From a virus (lineage: Duplodnaviria; Caudoviricetes), in IMG/VR virus record IMGVR_UViG_3300037524_001804, positions 1 to 27,762 of that record: DNA of 27,762 nucleotides. One strand, 5' to 3'. The notes beneath the pieces are model-generated. The model ran no database searches and was not told where the DNA came from. It saw nothing but the letters and a program-made list of their open reading frames with translations. This document shows positions 1 to 9,203 of this stretch, piece by piece. The position numbers and the translations under genes were made by a program. Numbering within the stretch: position 1 is the first letter of the stretch; the number at the start of each line of letters is the position of its first letter.

Positions 1-161
1 TGATCTGCATCCCGCGCCTCGCATCCCGGTCAGTGGTGAGTTCGCACTTCCTCTGACCAACGCTTGGAGCGGGATGCTCCTCTCGCTACCTATCCCCAAT
101 CGACCCACGAATTCTTCGGAAGAGCCGAGAATCTGAGAGCTGCCGTCGACGCCCTGCCGAC

Positions 162-451
162 GGTGACATGCAGCGGAGTTTCAGGGTGACATGCGGAGTG
201 ACGACGCCGCGTAACCTTTTGATACCTAAAGGTCGCCAATGACGGGAAAATTCGTCACTGACACCGCTCAGAAACGAAAAACCCTTTACAGATCAAAAGC
301 CCCGGTAGCTCAGTTGGATAGAGCGTCCCCCTCCTAAGGGGAACAGGCCAACACAACCATTTGATCGGGCGTTAGTTATTACCCCAGGGTGACCACTTCG
401 GCACCACGCTGACCCGGTCGTCGGTGTCTGCTTCAGTCCCGATTCGTCACA
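162..451. promoter_or_regulatory. att-site arms: IHF-like sites and GTGAC(A) arm-type repeats
   Basis: TAACCTTTTGATA (212-224) matches the IHF consensus YAANNNNTTGATW; CAACCATTTGATC (354-366) has one mismatch. GGTGACATGC is repeated at 162 and 185, with more GTGAC/GTCAC copies at about 198, 254, 389 and 445. Confidence 0.5.
299..343 (+). tRNA. 5' half of tRNA-Arg(CCT), truncated after the anticodon arm; probable att core
   Basis: GCCCCGG-TA-GCTC-AGTTGGATA-GAGC-G-TCCCC-CTCCTAA-GGGGA gives acceptor 5' strand, D arm and anticodon arm (CCT). No T arm or complementary acceptor 3' strand follows. Confidence 0.85.
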
Positions 452-631
452 CAAAGTCCGTGATTCAGAATGGGGGCCTCCGCAGCTCTCGGCACGCCGT
501 ATCGTAGGTTCCAAGCGGGGCCTGCGCACAGCATTGGACACGGATCGCCGCCCGAGAGGCCACACGCACAGTTCCACCTCATTGCGATTGCGGAACTCGC
601 CGATACTCTCAGCAGAAGCGGGGCGACAGAT

Positions 632-844
632 TCAAGACCTGGTTGACGGCAGGGGCGGTTCCTTGGGGGCATCCGGGCCGGTTAGCCGGGGGCCTTCCGG
701 CGACCACTGTACAAAATATTGTCCCAGACGGCGCTTGCGCTCCAGGGCTTCGGCCACCGCAGAGCGCAAGCACGACAGCATAGCCAGGGTGTCGACTGTG
801 GGGGCGCTGCCGCCAGTGGATTCCAACGGGGACTTGCGAATCAT
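632..844 (-). CDS. small hypothetical protein (70 aa)
   Basis: Segment LRSAVAEALERKRRLGQYFVQW resembles small conserved proteins I recall next to zeta-toxin/AAA genes; recollection only, not searched. Confidence 0.5.
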   Translation of the reverse strand: MIRKSPLESTGGSAPTVDTLAMLSCLRSAVAEALERKRRLGQYFVQWSPEGPRLTGPDAPKEPPLPSTRS

Positions 845-1060
845 CGTTCACACTCCGGCTCTTGCCCCCCGCTTTGTAGGTTCGAATCGGGGGCCTGCAC
901 ACAGGGCCGGGTCCGGTTAGCCGCTGGGTAGGTCCTCGGTTCAATTCCCGGCAGAACGCTCTGACCGGTGAAGCTTGAGCGTTTGACACAAGTGCCCCCA
1001 TGTCTAGCAATGCTAGTGACCAAAGCCGTGGTTAATCAAAGGGTTTGGCGCGCACTGGAA

Positions 1061-2179
1061 TCACCCCGGACTACCGCAGTAAGTGGATAGGTGACGCGCG
1101 CCGAAAAAGGTCTCAACCAGCCACTCGCCGTTACTTTCAGCGAGATTCTTGCGAATCCTGACCGCACCAGTATTCGGAAGCGCGGGGCGTAACTTTTTGC
1201 CAAACGCGCGTAGGGTTTTTTCTACGCCACTAGGGCGCTGTAGCTTCGTCTTCGATTGTGCTGCGGCCGTGATGTAGGCCTTTTCTGTGTGGCTGAGAAT
1301 GCGGGCAGCGTCATCGCGACCCGGTAGGGACGTTCGGCCCCTCGTGAACGGGGTTAGCAGGGCCAACGAATCTCCAGTCACCATCACGTCCCAAACTTCT
1401 GACGAATGCCCAGTAATTGACCCATGGTGTGGAATTTTGAAGGCGCCTGCCCGCCGCTGCGGTCTTGCAGTCGACGACAATACCGCTTTCCAGCCAATAT
1501 CCGCTTCAGTCGTTTGTTCCAAATCGCTCCCAAGCAGAATGTGGTTGTCGCCGACTGAGAGCCATAACGCTACACAAAGATCATTTCGGTTGTGGACGCG
1601 CGCTCTGTACTTCGTCTCGCCAACGGTCGGCATCTCTGATGCGAGTTCAAACAAGAACTTCTCAACCTGCATATCAGAAGGGGAAAGAGCCCAAAGCTCA
1701 GCGCTGCATCCGTGAGAAAGTTCATCGCCAGTTAAGGCGTATAGGCGCCGATCCGCAATCGCCCTTGTTGCGGCCCGACCCTGAAGCAAATCATATATGC
1801 GATGTATCTCAGTTACGCCGCTTCCACCAGCGATCCGATTGCGGAAATCGAAGCGCCTGACCATCGTCATAAACTCGATCATTGTCAGGGCGGAGGATAG
1901 GCAGAAGGCTGATTTTGGACATGCTGCCAATACTTCAGATAAGCCGCGAACGTGATCGTCGTGCCAATGCGACGCAATGATAATGTCAACGGCGTCGGAT
2001 ACCATCACTCCGATCTCGCTCAGGTACCTCAACGCCGCGGGTTGATGGGAGTGCGAGTCAATGCACGAGTCGACAAGGATCCAATGGCCGGAACCAACGT
2101 GTGCCAATACGCTTTCACCATATCCGGGACCAAATAGCGTCAATTCCAGTGTGTCTGGGGGCGGAGGTTGGCCGAACAC
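1061..2179 (-). CDS. MBL-fold metallo-hydrolase (ComEC/Rec2-like nuclease)
   Basis: Motifs GYGES, LVDSC, SHWHDDH (HxHxDH), LLGSD and KIPHHGS; GTG start 10 bp after the upstream stop. Confidence 0.88.
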   Translation of the reverse strand: MFGQPPPPDTLELTLFGPGYGESVLAHVGSGHWILVDSCIDSHSHQPAALRYLSEIGVMVSDAVDIIIASHWHDDHVRGLSEVLAACPKSAFCLSSALTMIEFMTMVRRFDFRNRIAGGSGVTEIHRIYDLLQGRAATRAIADRRLYALTGDELSHGCSAELWALSPSDMQVEKFLFELASEMPTVGETKYRARVHNRNDLCVALWLSVGDNHILLGSDLEQTTEADIGWKAVLSSTARPQRRAGAFKIPHHGSITGHSSEVWDVMVTGDSLALLTPFTRGRTSLPGRDDAARILSHTEKAYITAAAQSKTKLQRPSGVEKTLRAFGKKLRPALPNTGAVRIRKNLAESNGEWLVETFFGARHLSTYCGSPG

Positions 2180-2189
2180 GACGTCGTAA

Positions 2190-2768
2190 CTATTCCCAAT
2201 TAATGCCCTTCATCAGGGTTTCCGCATCGCGATCGGCTTGCGCGATTTCTTTGCTCGTCCACTTTGGAAGCCGGCGAAAGACTAGCTGGGAGACGCGCTT
2301 CTTGCTCCCGCTTGGCGCGGTTTCATACCCGATCGTCCACCTAAAAACAGCTCCTTCGCGCAATAGGTTAAGATCCGAATCTGATACTTCATCGAGATCG
2401 AAATCAGCCTCTTCTGTAGCAATATCTGCTTGATGGGTCAAATCCACGAGTCGTGCGCTAAATCCATTTTTGGAGACGTCAATTACATGCCCTTCCCATT
2501 CCTGCAGCGGTATAAGATTAGAACGGGGACGCAACCTCGCGGGGGGAAAGGCCGGAGGTTCGTTATCCAGATCGGGGGCGTGGCCAACGTGTGCGGAGAA
2601 GTCCGTGATCTGGCGAGGCAATTCCCTGAACCAACGAGCGTTAACCGCATCCGAGACATCGCGCGCTTGACGTTTTAGGGACTGTTCAATCCACTCAGTC
2701 GTCCGTTCGGATTGCGACGTACTCGCGGTGGCAACGGCATCTACGAACTGGAAGGCAGTGCTAGACAT
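2190..2768 (-). CDS. hypothetical protein (about 192 aa), middle gene of the cassette
   Basis: ATG at 2768 overlaps the upstream stop (ATGTCTAG); alternative start 2777. Globular-looking C-terminal part WEGHVIDV...GAVFRWTIGY...FRRLPKWT after a Pro-rich linker. Confidence 0.75.
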   Translation of the reverse strand: MSSTAFQFVDAVATASTSQSERTTEWIEQSLKRQARDVSDAVNARWFRELPRQITDFSAHVGHAPDLDNEPPAFPPARLRPRSNLIPLQEWEGHVIDVSKNGFSARLVDLTHQADIATEEADFDLDEVSDSDLNLLREGAVFRWTIGYETAPSGSKKRVSQLVFRRLPKWTSKEIAQADRDAETLMKGINWE

Positions 2769-3465
2769 TTGTGACATTCCGGGCAAGCGCCATGACTTGA
2801 TCGACAATCCAAGCTGAGCGATTCATTGAACTCTCGAAGTGGTCGTTCACTATACTGACTGCTTGCTCGCAGCCGGTCACTTCTGACGGACTTCCGATCG
2901 AGTAGTGATCATTTATGTCAACACAAACTGCATAAGGCGACTTGAGCTTGTTGGATCGCTCCACCTTGGCTCTGATGTATCCGTCTTTTCGGTCATCCAG
3001 TAGCGTCTGTTGCATAGTAATCGACTGCATTCCACCGTGTCTTTCTGGAGTACCCTTTATCTTGTTCGCCCACTCTCCCCATGCGTCCTGGGGAGCAAGG
3101 CGTTCCCCGATTCGGTCCAATGATTCCATGTTTTCAACCGGAAAGTGCACGATTCGGTTAATTCCGACCAGATGAACCGGCGTCTGTGCCAAATGTTCAC
3201 CAAAGAGCCGAACCACTAGGTCTGCCAGCCGGACTTGTGGGGGCGTAGATGTTTCCGCCAGAAATCGGTGCCTCTCGACCTGAATAACTAGCCAATCGGT
3301 GGAGAAACGCGATATGTCAGGATGCAAGATGTCGATATCAGCTGACTCCACCTCGTCCCCCGATAACAAGCCTTGCACCCCAAACCAGTCGACGCGAAAG
3401 ATCCTCGGGTTGAAATCCCCGACGAATACCACGTTCGCTATGTCGATCTCTGGTTGTATGCGCAT
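2761..3465 (-). CDS. hypothetical protein, TIGR04255-like (234 aa)
   Basis: N-terminal VVFVGDFNPRIF..DWF, central VGINR and C-terminal VDINDHY; family assignment from memory. Confidence 0.7.
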   Translation of the reverse strand: MRIQPEIDIANVVFVGDFNPRIFRVDWFGVQGLLSGDEVESADIDILHPDISRFSTDWLVIQVERHRFLAETSTPPQVRLADLVVRLFGEHLAQTPVHLVGINRIVHFPVENMESLDRIGERLAPQDAWGEWANKIKGTPERHGGMQSITMQQTLLDDRKDGYIRAKVERSNKLKSPYAVCVDINDHYSIGSPSEVTGCEQAVSIVNDHFESSMNRSAWIVDQVMALARNVTNV

Positions 3466-3763
3466 TGCAATAACGCTTGGCTCCCAGAGTTCCGGGGAAC
3501 CGGTTCAATCAGTCCAGCGTCAGTTGTCTTCTTGCGAGTCGGTCAATTTCGGTATTTTCCTGAAGGCACACCATCAGTAAGCGCCATGGAAAAGAGCTGC
3601 GGACGCGTGAGCAGGCCAGTAGTTTCGTTCACCTGGGGCCGAGATTCAACCTGAGGTGTTGAAACGAGGGCAGAACGGATGGTGGCCCCTTCAGGAACCA
3701 GCGAGCGATCCCTTGGATCGGGCAGCCGCACGCATTAGGCCCACAGTGGATCATGTGAGGCAT

Positions 3764-6757
3764 TCATGCTGTATCGTACGTCATTGAAAAAATCGAATCG
3801 GTGAGCCAGCGTCGAAAACTCTCGTTGTCGCTGAACTGCCTGAACAGTTCGGTATCGTCCTTGAGTAAGGCCATCATGACACGCCGGAGAGCCTTGTCGT
3901 GCTCAATGCGTGCGTTCTGGCGATCCGAGTTCTGCTTGGCGTTCTGGAACGCCTTGTCGGCGGCAACGCGCTCCGGGATTTCTTCGGTGATCAGGCGATG
4001 GATTCGGTCTGCATCGGTCCACGGGATATTGCCGAACTGGTCATTGAACACCTTGATGATGTTGCTGAGTCTGTCCAACTCGGGTTCCGCTTTGCCGCCC
4101 ACGCCAGTGGTCGGCACCGGCTCGATTTCCGGACCCGAGTCTGGGAGCTGGATTCTGACCGCTGCCTTCTTCTCGACCCGGTAACTGTCCATGTCGATCG
4201 CCTCGAGAATGCCCTTCGCCAGATCTTCTTCCCGGGGCGCCGGCAACTTCGGAATCAGAAAATTGAGGATGATCGACAGCTTCTCCCAGGCGGCGTTGTT
4301 GTACGGAAGAATCGCTGATAGAAATCCATAGGTCCGCACGAAGGCCTTCGCCTTGCCCTTGAAGTCGACCTGACCATCCCCGTCGAGCCCCTCGTTGTAG
4401 GTCGCAACACAGGCATCAAGGATGGGATCGAGCTGATCCCGATCAGCGCCGGTCAGATAAAGCTCCACGAACTGATCGATTTGCTCGGGCGCATAAACCT
4501 GGGCGTTGTCGAGATCCGCCTTAAGGTCATGCAGCTTGTTCGGATCGGTCTCCCGGCTCAGGATGCTCGCCCGGTAATACGGAGCGAACGCAGCTTCGAT
4601 CGTGGCGGTGTCGTTCATGAAATCGAGCACGAACACGTCGTGCTTCTTCGGATGTGCACGATTCAGACGCGAGAGCGTTTGTACCGCCTTCACCCCCGAG
4701 AGCGCCTTATCCACGTACATCGTGTGCAGCAAGGGCTCGTCATAGCCGGTCTGGAATTTGTCGGCACAGATCAGAAATCGGTAAGGCTCTTCCTGGATCT
4801 TGTCAACGATACTGTTCGACGGGAATCCGTTCAGGGATGCCTCGGTGACCTTCGTTCCGCCATAGTCGTGTTCGCCCGAGAACGCCACGATCGCCCGATA
4901 CGAGCTCTTGCGCTCAATGAGGTAGTCGCGCATGGCGCTGAAATACTGGATCGCCCGCTCGATGCCGCTGGTCACCACCATCGCACGGGCCTGACCGCCG
5001 ATCTTGTTGAGCGCGAGCACCTGCTCGTGGAAGTGGTCGACCATGATCTCGGCCTTGAGCCGAATCGCGTGCTCATGGCTCTCAACATAGCGGCGCAGCT
5101 TCTTTTTTGCGCGCTTGGTGTCAAATTCGGGATCACTCTCTACCGTCTTCACCAGCTTGTAGTAACTGTCGACGGGCGTGTAGGTCTTCAGCACGTCGAG
5201 GATGAAACCCTCCTCGATGGCCTGCTTCATCGTGTAGCTGTGGAACGGCCGGTGCTTGGTCTCGCCACCTTCGGCGTAAGCCTCGCCGAAGATTTCCAGC
5301 GTCTTGTTCTTCGGCGTCGCCGTGAACGCGAAGTAGCTGGCATTCGGCAGCAGCTTCTTGGCCTCCATCAGCCGGTTGATCGTGTCCTCCAGCGTTTCGT
5401 CGTCTTCCTCGGCCCCGGCGGTCGACAGCGCCATCGCAAGCGCCGCGGCGGTTTTGCCGCCCTGGCTGGAATGCGCCTCGTCGATGATGATCGCGAAGCG
5501 TCGCCCTCGGTGATCACTGCCGATCTCGTCGAGGATGAACGGGAACTTCTGCACCGTCGTGATGATGATCTTTTTCCCGCTCTCGATGAACGTCCGGAGA
5601 TCGCCCGAGTGTTCGGCGTGTCCGACCGTCGCGCCCACCTGCGCGAACTGCCTGATGGTGTCGCGTATCTGTTGGTCGAGGATGCGCCGGTCCGTGACGA
5701 CGATGATCGAGTCAAAAACCGCTTGTTCGTTCCGGGTCAGACCGATGAGTTGATGCGCGAGCCAGGCGATCGAGTTCGACTTGCCGCTGCCGGCCGAATG
5801 CTGGATCAGATACCGCCGGCCGGCGCCGTGAGAGCATGCATCGGCGAGCAGGCGGCGCACCACATCCAGCTGGTGAAAGCGCGGCCAGATCTGCATCGCC
5901 TTCTTCTTGCCGGTCTTCTCATCCTTGAACTCGACGATCTGTGCGTAGTTCTCGAGGATATCGGTCAGTCCCGCGCGCGTCAGTAAGCGTTGCCAGAGGT
6001 AGGCGGTCTTGAGGCCATCAGGATTCGGCGGGTTGCCCGCACCATCGCTCCAGCCTTGGTTGAACGGCAGGAACCAGGAACTCTTGCCCTTCAGGTGCGT
6101 GCAGAAGCGCACCTCGTGGTCATCCACGGCAAAGTGCACGACGCAACGCCCGAACTCGAACAGCTTCTCGCGCGGATCGCGGTCGCGTTGGTACTGCTCA
6201 ACGGCATCGGCGACCGTCTGCTTGGTCAGGCTGTTCTTCAGCTCGAAGGTCGCGACCGGCAGACCGTTGATGAACAGGCCCAGATCGAGCGCCCGCTGCG
6301 TCTCGTCGCGGCTGTAGCGGAGCTGCCGCGTGACGCTGAAACGGTTGGCGGCGTGGCGTTCGTTGGCCTTTGCGTTGTCCGGCGAAGGCGTGCCGTAGAA
6401 GAGATCAATGTGATGAGGCCCATGCTTGAGCCCGTGGCGCAGCACGTCGATCGTGCCACGCTTGCTGATCTCGCCCTGCAGCCGCGCCAGGAACTTGCGC
6501 CGCGTCGGGCCGTCCTGATCGAGTTCGAGTAGCGCGCCAACTTCCGGCTGTGTCTCGCGCAGGAAGGCCGACAACTGCACCAGATCCACGCAGTATTCGC
6601 GGTCGTAATCCTCCGGTCGGGCACAAATCCAGCCGCCGCAATACGGGGCCGGCCTGAGCTGGACCGCGTTCTGCGGCACGCCGGGATCGCAGGGCGCGCC
6701 GGTCAGCGCCGCGCAGATCAGTCGCTCCAGACCGCGTTCAGTAGTGTCGGTGGTCAT
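3764..6757 (-). CDS. hsdR: type I restriction endonuclease subunit R
   Basis: Nuclease motif DLGLFINGLPVATFELKN, Walker A QHSAGSGKS, DEAH box, FTATP, TGYDEP, QTLSRLNR; ATGA overlap with hsdS. Confidence 0.96.
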   Translation of the reverse strand: MTTDTTERGLERLICAALTGAPCDPGVPQNAVQLRPAPYCGGWICARPEDYDREYCVDLVQLSAFLRETQPEVGALLELDQDGPTRRKFLARLQGEISKRGTIDVLRHGLKHGPHHIDLFYGTPSPDNAKANERHAANRFSVTRQLRYSRDETQRALDLGLFINGLPVATFELKNSLTKQTVADAVEQYQRDRDPREKLFEFGRCVVHFAVDDHEVRFCTHLKGKSSWFLPFNQGWSDGAGNPPNPDGLKTAYLWQRLLTRAGLTDILENYAQIVEFKDEKTGKKKAMQIWPRFHQLDVVRRLLADACSHGAGRRYLIQHSAGSGKSNSIAWLAHQLIGLTRNEQAVFDSIIVVTDRRILDQQIRDTIRQFAQVGATVGHAEHSGDLRTFIESGKKIIITTVQKFPFILDEIGSDHRGRRFAIIIDEAHSSQGGKTAAALAMALSTAGAEEDDETLEDTINRLMEAKKLLPNASYFAFTATPKNKTLEIFGEAYAEGGETKHRPFHSYTMKQAIEEGFILDVLKTYTPVDSYYKLVKTVESDPEFDTKRAKKKLRRYVESHEHAIRLKAEIMVDHFHEQVLALNKIGGQARAMVVTSGIERAIQYFSAMRDYLIERKSSYRAIVAFSGEHDYGGTKVTEASLNGFPSNSIVDKIQEEPYRFLICADKFQTGYDEPLLHTMYVDKALSGVKAVQTLSRLNRAHPKKHDVFVLDFMNDTATIEAAFAPYYRASILSRETDPNKLHDLKADLDNAQVYAPEQIDQFVELYLTGADRDQLDPILDACVATYNEGLDGDGQVDFKGKAKAFVRTYGFLSAILPYNNAAWEKLSIILNFLIPKLPAPREEDLAKGILEAIDMDSYRVEKKAAVRIQLPDSGPEIEPVPTTGVGGKAEPELDRLSNIIKVFNDQFGNIPWTDADRIHRLITEEIPERVAADKAFQNAKQNSDRQNARIEHDKALRRVMMALLKDDTELFRQFSDNESFRRWLTDSIFSMTYDTA

Positions 6758-8187
6758 GCTTCCGACGCCTCCGGCGCGTCGTCGGCATCATTAGTTTCCG
6801 CTTGGTCGTCGTCGCCGTCGGCTTCGCTCGCGTCGAGCGGTTCGGGCTCCTCAATTTCAGCGGGCAATCGCACCGACGCTTCGCGTACGTCGAGCTTGCC
6901 AGTGACGACATCGGCAATCAAACGGGTGCGGTATTCGCTAAGATGCGCGATTTCTCTGTTGAGCGCAGCGACCAAACAGCGAAGCCTGGCGGTGCTCACG
7001 TCAATCTCTGCAAGGATCGAGTCCTGCTCGTCCAGCGGCGGTAGGCCCAAACGAAGACGCCCGAGGATTTGCATGTTCAGCCCCTCCATGGTGGTTCCCT
7101 TCGCTCCTTCAACGAGCTGCGCCCGAGACGGCGGGCTCTGCATGGCAAGCTGCAGGTAGCGCGGGCGCACCCACTCAAAATTGGGCCGATAGCGCACGAG
7201 GCGTGGATTGATGATTCCGGGCTCTACGTTCTGTGGCACTACGGCCACCCGTCCTACGGTACCCATGACGCTCACCAGAACGTCCCCCGGAACGATACGG
7301 TACTGCTTCATCTCTTCGAACTTCTCGGGAGATATGTAGTAGTCACCTTTTGCGAAATCGTCGGGAATGACCTGCTGCTGGCCATATACCCGGTAGCCCG
7401 CCGATGTGTACATCCCCTTGGTGAGCGACGAGCCATACGGCCCGGCAACCGACTCGGTCACCAGACTCTTTAGGCGCCGAACCACCCAATGCTCCGGCAC
7501 TTCCCCCAGCCATTCCACGCCAGAAGATTTCGTGGGAGCGTTCGGATCGAGGCCACGGGTGACGGCGCGGTGGATGATGGCCTGCTTCTGCTCCTCCAGC
7601 AGCTTGATCAGCTTCTGCTTGGCGCGGATGTACCGCCGAATCTTCCGGTCTGCATGGTCCAGAAAGCGGACGATGGCGGTTTGTTCGGGAAGGGGAGGGA
7701 TCGGCACCGGTTGAGAGCCAAATGCCTCGAAGCGGAAGTCCGTTGACCGCTCGCGGATGCCCTTCGCCAGAGCCTGGATCCACTGGCTCCGTGCCATCTC
7801 GCCCACAGCATAGGCGTAGTAGTGCGAGTCCGCCATTGGTCCGGGTTCACACACGGAGTAGACCGGAGTGCCCTTTCCGTCAACGTCTGCTACACCGATA
7901 GCTCCAGCGAAGGCGTCCATAGCGTGAATCACGAGATCGCCGCGCCGGATTCCCTGATAACCAATCTCTTTGAGCGACTCGGTGAATCCTCGAACACGTC
8001 GGTTTTTGCGAAGCGTCACCACCCCATCGCGGAAGCAGGTTACGACCTCATCGATGTCCCTTACGGGTCTGTTCATCTTCCGGAACAGCCACTTGGCGCG
8101 CTCCATGTTCCAGTGCTCCGGAACCGCCCCCAGCCACGGTACGCCGGAATCCTTCATCGCCGGATAGGGCTTCAAGCCGTCGATCAT
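6754..8187 (-). CDS. hsdS: type I R-M specificity subunit S
   Basis: Two repeats SGVPWLGAVPEHW / SGVEWLGEVPEHW and PPLPEQ / PPLDEQ bracket two TRDs; C-terminal LIADVVTGKLDV. Confidence 0.95.
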   Translation of the reverse strand: MIDGLKPYPAMKDSGVPWLGAVPEHWNMERAKWLFRKMNRPVRDIDEVVTCFRDGVVTLRKNRRVRGFTESLKEIGYQGIRRGDLVIHAMDAFAGAIGVADVDGKGTPVYSVCEPGPMADSHYYAYAVGEMARSQWIQALAKGIRERSTDFRFEAFGSQPVPIPPLPEQTAIVRFLDHADRKIRRYIRAKQKLIKLLEEQKQAIIHRAVTRGLDPNAPTKSSGVEWLGEVPEHWVVRRLKSLVTESVAGPYGSSLTKGMYTSAGYRVYGQQQVIPDDFAKGDYYISPEKFEEMKQYRIVPGDVLVSVMGTVGRVAVVPQNVEPGIINPRLVRYRPNFEWVRPRYLQLAMQSPPSRAQLVEGAKGTTMEGLNMQILGRLRLGLPPLDEQDSILAEIDVSTARLRCLVAALNREIAHLSEYRTRLIADVVTGKLDVREASVRLPAEIEEPEPLDASEADGDDDQAETNDADDAPEASEA

Positions 8188-9098
8188 GCTCTGACCTCCG
8201 CTGCCCAGTACGGCAAGTCGCGCCAGCCATCCGGGAAACCCATCGACTCGACGGGAATACCACTGTGTTGTTCGAGCAGTTCCAGAAGCCGCTGCTTCCA
8301 GTGGTGGCCGGGGCTGACGATGTTCATCAGATACGCAATCAGCACCAGCGCGTTATACAACTGACGCGGTGCCGCCGTGTTAAAGGTCGTCGTCAAGCCG
8401 GTCGGCTTCTTTCGTGGCAGTTTCGGCGTGATCGTGAACCGCCGGTTCCACAGACGGCTGTGGTGGGCGCAGACGTTACGAATCAGCGTGAGATGATGCA
8501 GCAGCGAGACGAATACCGTCTCGTCCATGCCATAGCCGTCGGCAATCCGTTGCCGCAAGGCCTGACATTTGAGATTTTCATACCACTTGGAGAGCTGGCC
8601 CAGCGACATGACCTCGACCACGGCCCACACGGGCGGCAATGCCTCGTCGTAGACATCGTTCAGATGCTGGATAAAGGTTTCACGGCTGCGGCCCACTTCG
8701 TTGGCCAGGCCACCGAGACTCGCCGTGTAGGCACGCTGATCGGAAAACAGCGCCCGGCTCAGATGAGCATGGCTGCCATGGCCGAGGGCCAGATGGTGGG
8801 CCCATTGGGTGCGCACGGAGACTTCAATCCGTTCGATCGCGTCCATGACCAGGAGTCGCAGTTCCCGGTCGAATACATAGCGATCGAGGACGTGTTCAAA
8901 CGTGGTTCCCGCTTGAAAACGATGGTCGCCGTCACCGTCGGTCCCGCATTCGAACGGCAACCAGTAACCGCGCAGGCGGTAGTAATTCAGATGAAGCAGG
9001 TAATGGGCGGCACGTTCCCGGTCGGGCACCTGCATGCCACGTCGCTGCAACAGGTCGATCTGCTGATCGATGCTGGCGGGAGGCTTAGCGAAGCGCAC
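8184..9098 (-). CDS. Abi family protein (Abi_2, AbiD/AbiF-like HEPN RNase)
   Basis: N-terminal KP..IDQQIDLL..RGM, NYYRLRGY, YVFDRELR, PPVWAVVEVMSLGQLS and HEPN RNVCAH (Rx4H). Confidence 0.92.
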   Translation of the reverse strand: MRFAKPPASIDQQIDLLQRRGMQVPDRERAAHYLLHLNYYRLRGYWLPFECGTDGDGDHRFQAGTTFEHVLDRYVFDRELRLLVMDAIERIEVSVRTQWAHHLALGHGSHAHLSRALFSDQRAYTASLGGLANEVGRSRETFIQHLNDVYDEALPPVWAVVEVMSLGQLSKWYENLKCQALRQRIADGYGMDETVFVSLLHHLTLIRNVCAHHSRLWNRRFTITPKLPRKKPTGLTTTFNTAAPRQLYNALVLIAYLMNIVSPGHHWKQRLLELLEQHSGIPVESMGFPDGWRDLPYWAAEVRA

Positions 9099-9169
9099 TA
9101 CCGCAACCCCAGAAACAAGTAACCCCCCATGGTGCGCCGATCTTACGAGAGGCGTGGGGGGTGTTGTTG
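9099..9169 (-). ncRNA. structured leader RNA upstream of the Abi gene (abiF-type RNA, candidate antitoxin)
   Basis: Minus strand ACCCCCCA-CGCC-UCUCGUAAGAUC-GGCG-CACCA-UGGGGGGU (9162-9122): 8-bp basal stem, 5-nt bulge, 4-bp upper stem. It lies between a promoter and the GTG start. Confidence 0.7.
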
Positions 9170-9175
9170 CGCATC

Positions 9176-9203
9176 AGTATAGTCTCACCAGCGGCGATCG
9201 CAA
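9176..9203 (-). promoter_or_regulatory. sigma70-like promoter for leader RNA-abi-hsdS-hsdR
   Basis: -35 TTGCGA (9203-9198), 16-bp spacer, -10 TATACT (9181-9176). Confidence 0.65.

Noticed and set aside
876-960. T-loop-like strings GGTTCGAATC and GGTTCAATTCC as the missing 3' tRNA half (split or intron-containing tRNA)
   Set aside because: The T stems pair poorly, no CCGGGGC acceptor strand follows, the anticodon loop is uninterrupted, and I see no group I intron core.
3543-3731. 62-aa ORF between hsdR and the three-gene cassette
   Set aside because: No RBS or motif seen; cannot support it as a gene.
4481-6532. Long plus-strand ORFs (501 aa, 180 aa)
   Set aside because: Antisense shadows of hsdR, as expected for GC3-rich genes.
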